This document shows, in pieces, positions 60,796 to 64,000 of a DNA stretch of 64,000 nucleotides (position 1 is the stretch's first letter; every line of letters begins with the position of its first letter). The translations under genes and the position numbers were made by a program. The stretch is from Candidatus Anstonellales archaeon (GTDB taxonomy: Archaea; Micrarchaeota; Micrarchaeia; Anstonellales; J096). The notes under the pieces were generated by a model, which worked only from the letters and a program-made list of their open reading frames with translations, made no database searches and was not told where the DNA came from. Where the stretch lies: contig JAWAFI010000001.1 of assembly GCA_038890615.1 (NCBI GenBank), positions 342,889-406,888 of the forward strand, in the 5' to 3' direction.

Positions 60796-61544
60796 TACTC
60801 TACTTCCATCCTTGGGGCAAGGTAATAAACCACTGTTGCCCCTCCTACTTCATACGTAACCTTAAGGGGGCTGTCTGTCTCAAGATAGAGAGTAATAATG
60901 CTGCCTGCGCTGCTCCCTTTCACAATGTCGTCAAGGTAATTTAAGGGGAATGTAGCCCTTACATTCCCTTCTGCCTTCATCTCCAAAACCTCTTCTCCCT
61001 CCTCATATTCGCTTACCATCCTGGAATTCTCACCTGCAACTTCTAGCCTCAATACCCCATCGCTTATCAAGAACCTCAAGTGGGAGCTTATGAGCTTAGC
61101 GTCCTTTATGCTTTCCTTAAGCAGCGAATCATTCATCTTTATGTAATTTTTGTAGCTTATGGGAGGCTCTTTCTGCACTCCCTCCCCTAAATCAAGCAGG
61201 GGCATCCTGAAGGTCCTTTTCCTTTTTCCGCCTACGAATTCCACAACCATCTCATTCTTTTCAAGCGATACCACCAGCTTCTCATCAGGCCTTGCCCTGT
61301 CAAGCACCTTTATAAGCTTCTCTATGTCAACCCCGAAGCTTTCCTTTTTCTCCTTCTTGCTGGCGTCGTACATTGAAAAAGCAGAGGAAGGCATGAAGAA
61401 GGAGACCATTGAAATCTGCGATGGGTCTATTGCCTTCAGCCTCAGCCCTTCAGGGGTTGCCTCGAAAACACCCTCCCCAACGAGGTTTGCTATTGAGGAA
61501 ACGGCATCCCTGAAGCTCTTTGCATTCTCAACACTCATTTTCAT
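60795..61544 (-). CDS. pcn: DNA polymerase sliding clamp (PCNA)
   Basis: 249 aa with a two-domain PCNA layout: ...FRDAVSSIANLVGEGVFEATPEGLRLKAIDPSQISMVSF..., ...YLAPRME C-terminus. Confidence 0.9.
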   Translation of the reverse strand: MKMSVENAKSFRDAVSSIANLVGEGVFEATPEGLRLKAIDPSQISMVSFFMPSSAFSMYDASKKEKKESFGVDIEKLIKVLDRARPDEKLVVSLEKNEMVVEFVGGKRKRTFRMPLLDLGEGVQKEPPISYKNYIKMNDSLLKESIKDAKLISSHLRFLISDGVLRLEVAGENSRMVSEYEEGEEVLEMKAEGNVRATFPLNYLDDIVKGSSAGSIITLYLETDSPLKVTYEVGGATVVYYLAPRMEVE

Positions 61545-61606
61545 GAGTTCACCGCAAATATGAGCAGGGCGCTATTTAAAAAGCTTGCTTTAGGCATTAA
61601 CAAACC

Positions 61607-61616
61607 TTTTTAAAAA
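61607..61616 (+). promoter_or_regulatory. TATA-like box upstream of 61635 ORF (a second box at 61573-61582 faces PCNA)
   Basis: TTTTTAAAAA is centred ~23 nt upstream of ATG 61635. TATTTAAAAA at 61573-61582 lies ~33 nt upstream of the PCNA ATG on the other strand. Confidence 0.4.
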
Positions 61617-61634
61617 GGGTTGCGAACATCACTT

Positions 61635-62144
61635 ATGGGAAAAGGCGAAGAAATTGACGAAACCAAACTTTACGAGATGGCAAAGAAGGCAACAAGCGAA
61701 GGGGCTCTTTTCGCATCGCTCTACTTAGACATACACGGAGCAGATGAGAAGAAGCTTCAGAATGTTGCAGTTGAGCTGGTCAATAGGATGATGAAGGAGC
61801 AAGGGGTGTTGTTCGTTTTCGGAAAGATAGAAGAGCCGATCCTTCAGGAAGGTGTGTATTCTACTCTCGTGGAGGTTAAGGCAATAGTGGCTGACATTAA
61901 TTCCCTCGCAACCCTGACATATGTTTATACCCCTGTTTCAGTTGACCTGATAATGCCGGATGAGGTCAAGCTTACCTCATCGCAAGTCGGCTCCCTTATG
62001 GTCTACATCTCTAACCAGAGCTTTAACTGGAAAAAGATTTACATAGAGAGGATGCGCACAAAAGAGGAGGCAGAGGCATTTGCAAAGGAGGTGCAGGCAA
62101 GGGAGCAGTTGGGAAAGAAGCTTTTGGAAGGTGAGGGCAAATGA
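61635..62144 (+). CDS. Hypothetical protein (169 aa) translationally coupled to the KaiC-like ATPase
   Basis: ATGA stop/start overlap with 62141..62884; no motif recognised. Confidence 0.55.
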   Translation: MGKGEEIDETKLYEMAKKATSEGALFASLYLDIHGADEKKLQNVAVELVNRMMKEQGVLFVFGKIEEPILQEGVYSTLVEVKAIVADINSLATLTYVYTPVSVDLIMPDEVKLTSSQVGSLMVYISNQSFNWKKIYIERMRTKEEAEAFAKEVQAREQLGKKLLEGEGK

Positions 62145-62884
62145 ACAATTTTTCAAAAAGCGGAATAAGAGGGTTTGATGAGCTCCTTGAAGGCAAGGGC
62201 TTCATGAAGGGCTCTTTGATAGCACTGAGCGGCCCAACAGGAGTGGGGAAAAGCACATTTGCAATGCAGTTCCTTGTCAATGGCGCAGTGCTCTACACAG
62301 AGCCAGGCGTGTATATAACCATAGAAGGAGGGAGGGATTCATTGCTCCTGCAAATGAACGCATACAACTGGGAGCTAGATCGCCTTGAGAAAGAGAAGAG
62401 CGTGCTTATCTTGGACTACCCAATAGAGGAGGTTGACCAATTCCTTACAAGGAACAGCGCTGTGAAGGACCTTGTAGAGAGCGTTAGCGCTGAGAGGGTT
62501 GTCATTGACTCTATACTGCCGCTGGCTCTCATGAAGACCACAGAGGAGGAAAGGCAGTCAATGTTCATAAACTTGGCATCTAACATAAAGTCATGGGGCG
62601 CAACAACCATTGTGATTACAGAAGACTCACCAGTTGACAGCACAGTGCCGCAGACGCGCTACCATTTCGAGAACTTCAGCGACACCTGGATATATATGTC
62701 ATACGACAGGCAGGGCAAGGATGTTTCAAGGGAGATAGAGATAGTAAAGGCAAAGGGTGTAAAGCACTACATGGGCAAGAGGCCCATAGAGATAAGCAAG
62801 GAAGGGGTTTCTGTTGCACTGCCTGAATGGGAAGGGGAAAAGAATAAAAAGATATTGCAGGATAAAAAGCTCAGGAGGAAATAA
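62141..62884 (+). CDS. KaiC/RadA-like single-domain RecA-superfamily ATPase
   Basis: GIRGFDELLEGKGFMKGSLIALSGPTGVGKSTFAMQFL (Walker A), VVIDSI (Walker B-like), 247 aa. Confidence 0.85.
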   Translation: MNNFSKSGIRGFDELLEGKGFMKGSLIALSGPTGVGKSTFAMQFLVNGAVLYTEPGVYITIEGGRDSLLLQMNAYNWELDRLEKEKSVLILDYPIEEVDQFLTRNSAVKDLVESVSAERVVIDSILPLALMKTTEEERQSMFINLASNIKSWGATTIVITEDSPVDSTVPQTRYHFENFSDTWIYMSYDRQGKDVSREIEIVKAKGVKHYMGKRPIEISKEGVSVALPEWEGEKNKKILQDKKLRRK

Positions 62885-62885
62885 A

Positions 62886-63404
62886 ATGTATTATCTTTAC
62901 AAAGTAGAAGATACCATAAGGGTTCCGCCAAACAGAGTAGGGAAAGACTTGAAGCAGGCAGTTCTTGATATAGCCAGGGAAGAATATGAAAGGAGAGTGC
63001 TAAAGGACATTGGCTTTGTGCTTGGGGTTTTCTCTCCTGAAATATTAGGCGATGGAAAAGTTATCCACAACGACCCAGGGGTTTACTACTCAGTGAGGTT
63101 TGACCTTTTGGCTTACAAGCCAGAGGTCAACGAGGTTGTATATGGGGTAATAAAGGATGTTGTTGAATTCGGAGCATTCACTATCATTGGGCCATTCGAG
63201 GCATTGCTCCACATATCGCAGATTGGGGCAGAGAAATACACCTACAACAAGAAGGAAGGCATCCTTGTCTCTTCTGGGAAGAAAAACACCATAAAGCCCG
63301 GCGACAAACTCATAGGGAAGATTTCCACAGCAAGCATGAAAGCAGTCTCAGATGTAAAGATAGGGATAACTTTGAGGGCAAATGGGTTGGGGATGATTAG
63401 ATGA
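62886..63404 (+). CDS. rpoE: DNA-directed RNA polymerase subunit E' (Rpo7)
   Basis: MYYLYKVEDTIRVPPNRVG..., S1 domain GVIKDVVEFGAFTIIGPFEALLHISQI. Confidence 0.9.
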   Translation: MYYLYKVEDTIRVPPNRVGKDLKQAVLDIAREEYERRVLKDIGFVLGVFSPEILGDGKVIHNDPGVYYSVRFDLLAYKPEVNEVVYGVIKDVVEFGAFTIIGPFEALLHISQIGAEKYTYNKKEGILVSSGKKNTIKPGDKLIGKISTASMKAVSDVKIGITLRANGLGMIR

Positions 63405-63589
63405 TAGGCTGCAAGCAGTGCCGCTCTGTATGGAACGAAAATAAGATGGAGAGATGCAAGGAGTGCGGGAGCACAGAGTTAAGCGATAAGTTTGGGGTTT
63501 ATTTCATATTGATTGACCCAGAAAAATCAGAGGTGTCAAAGGAATTGAAAATAACTAAGAAAGGAAGGGTAGCATTGCTTTTTGCTTAG
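63401..63589 (+). CDS. spt4: Transcription elongation factor Spt4 / RNA polymerase subunit E''
   Basis: Zinc ribbon CKQC...CKECGS followed by GVYFILIDPEKSEVSKELKITKKGRVAL. ATGA overlap with the Rpo7 stop. Confidence 0.85.
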   Translation: MIGCKQCRSVWNENKMERCKECGSTELSDKFGVYFILIDPEKSEVSKELKITKKGRVALLFA

Positions 63590-63631
63590 GCATATCAGTT
63601 AAGGTTTAAATTACTGAAAGCAAGATTGTAT

Positions 63632-64000
63632 ATGCAAAAAGAGGAGCAAATTAAAGTTTTAAAGAAGGGCAAGGGAAAGCTCCTTAGCCCAGAGGAAGAG
63701 CAGAGATTTAAGGAAACGGTTGTATCAGAATACGAGAGAATTCTCAAGCAAGAAATTTCATCTTGGCCTATTTTTGAAAAAAGGGGATGGAAATCCTTGG
63801 GCAACCTTCGTTTTAGCGTTAGCTTGAAAGAGGACGGCTCTATTGCTGATTTTAGCCTTTATAAGTGCGATGGGGCATTAGAGCATCTGAACAGGGCACA
63901 TATTTTCCAGGACTTGCCGAAAGAGGTTAAATCGATTTTCAATAAAGTTTTCCCTGATTTTGTTGAGCAGCTTAAAAAAGAAGGGGGTGTTGGCACTAGG
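63632..64000 (+). CDS. Hypothetical protein, 3' end outside window (not in the ORF track)
   Basis: ATG 63632 opens a frame that stays open to the window end (MQKEEQIKVLKKGKGKLLSPEEEQRFKETVVSEYERILKQ...). No motif recognised. Confidence 0.4.
   Translation, partial: MQKEEQIKVLKKGKGKLLSPEEEQRFKETVVSEYERILKQEISSWPIFEKRGWKSLGNLRFSVSLKEDGSIADFSLYKCDGALEHLNRAHIFQDLPKEVKSIFNKVFPDFVEQLKKEGGVGTR

Noticed and set aside
61787-61800. GGATGATGA (C-box-like) sequence as a possible C/D-box sRNA
   Set aside because: It lies inside a coding frame, and no CTGA D box or C'/D' pair sits at the appropriate spacing.
63595-63804. 69-aa minus-strand ORF at the right edge of the window
   Set aside because: It overlaps a plus-strand frame that starts at ATG 63632 and stays open to the window end, with a more protein-like composition. 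The minus ORF is Ser/Leu/Phe-rich.

Overview
This window is a gene-dense segment of an archaeal chromosome. The archaeal call rests on aIF2-gamma, aIF6, ribosomal proteins S6e/S19e/L31e/L39e/LX/L41e, an RFC-like clamp loader, PCNA, thermosome, prefoldin, Rpo7/Spt4, an archaeal-type AlaRS and an intron-containing tRNA. I call about 75 protein genes and 4 tRNAs: Met-CAT with intron, Gly-GCC, Leu-CAG and Arg-CCT. There is no rRNA, CRISPR array, transposase or integrase. Many proteins are short versions of their families and many are secreted or lipoprotein-like. This fits a small-genome, possibly host-associated (DPANN-like) archaeon, but that is inference only.

Housekeeping blocks:
- S6e - aIF2-gamma - PRC - RNase HII.
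- A divergent kbl/tdh pair for threonine catabolism.
- HMG-CoA synthase - thiolase.
- ArsR - thioredoxin-like - permease.
- The conserved S19e ... L39e - L31e - aIF6 - LX - prefoldin-alpha - FtsY string.
- UppS, PAP2 and a dolichol-kinase-like gene bracketing a FlaI/FlaJ-type ATPase and platform pair.
- PCNA, KaiC-like ATPase, Rpo7 and Spt4.

Most interesting unexplained content:
1. An orphan operon (48268..53829) encodes a 1288-aa protein without a signal peptide. Its beta-rich C-terminal half ends in a bacterial-OMP-like aromatic signature (...GGYWYWIF). A 561-aa partner follows it.
2. A 159-bp near-identical direct repeat puts the same N-terminal module on that giant protein and on an unrelated lipoprotein 3.5 kb away, bracketing the thermosome gene.
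3. An orphan two-gene unit (22129..24314) has a first product carrying a metacaspase/CHAT-like His...Cys signature.
4. A stand-alone CheD-like (Thr-Cys-His) deamidase domain is fused to an unknown N-terminal region, with no chemotaxis genes nearby.
5. A 36-aa hyper-acidic micro-ORF has its own Shine-Dalgarno.
6. A ComEC-type metallo-beta-lactamase lipoprotein has every catalytic His/Asp replaced.
7. Two membrane-tethered winged-helix proteins are present.

Transcription signals are visible by eye. TTTAAA-type TATA boxes sit about 20-30 nt upstream of many start codons, so many transcripts look leaderless. Several are shared symmetrically by divergent gene pairs. GGTGA-type Shine-Dalgarno sites precede the other genes. 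No database search or computation was possible. All family calls rest on motifs read from the translations.
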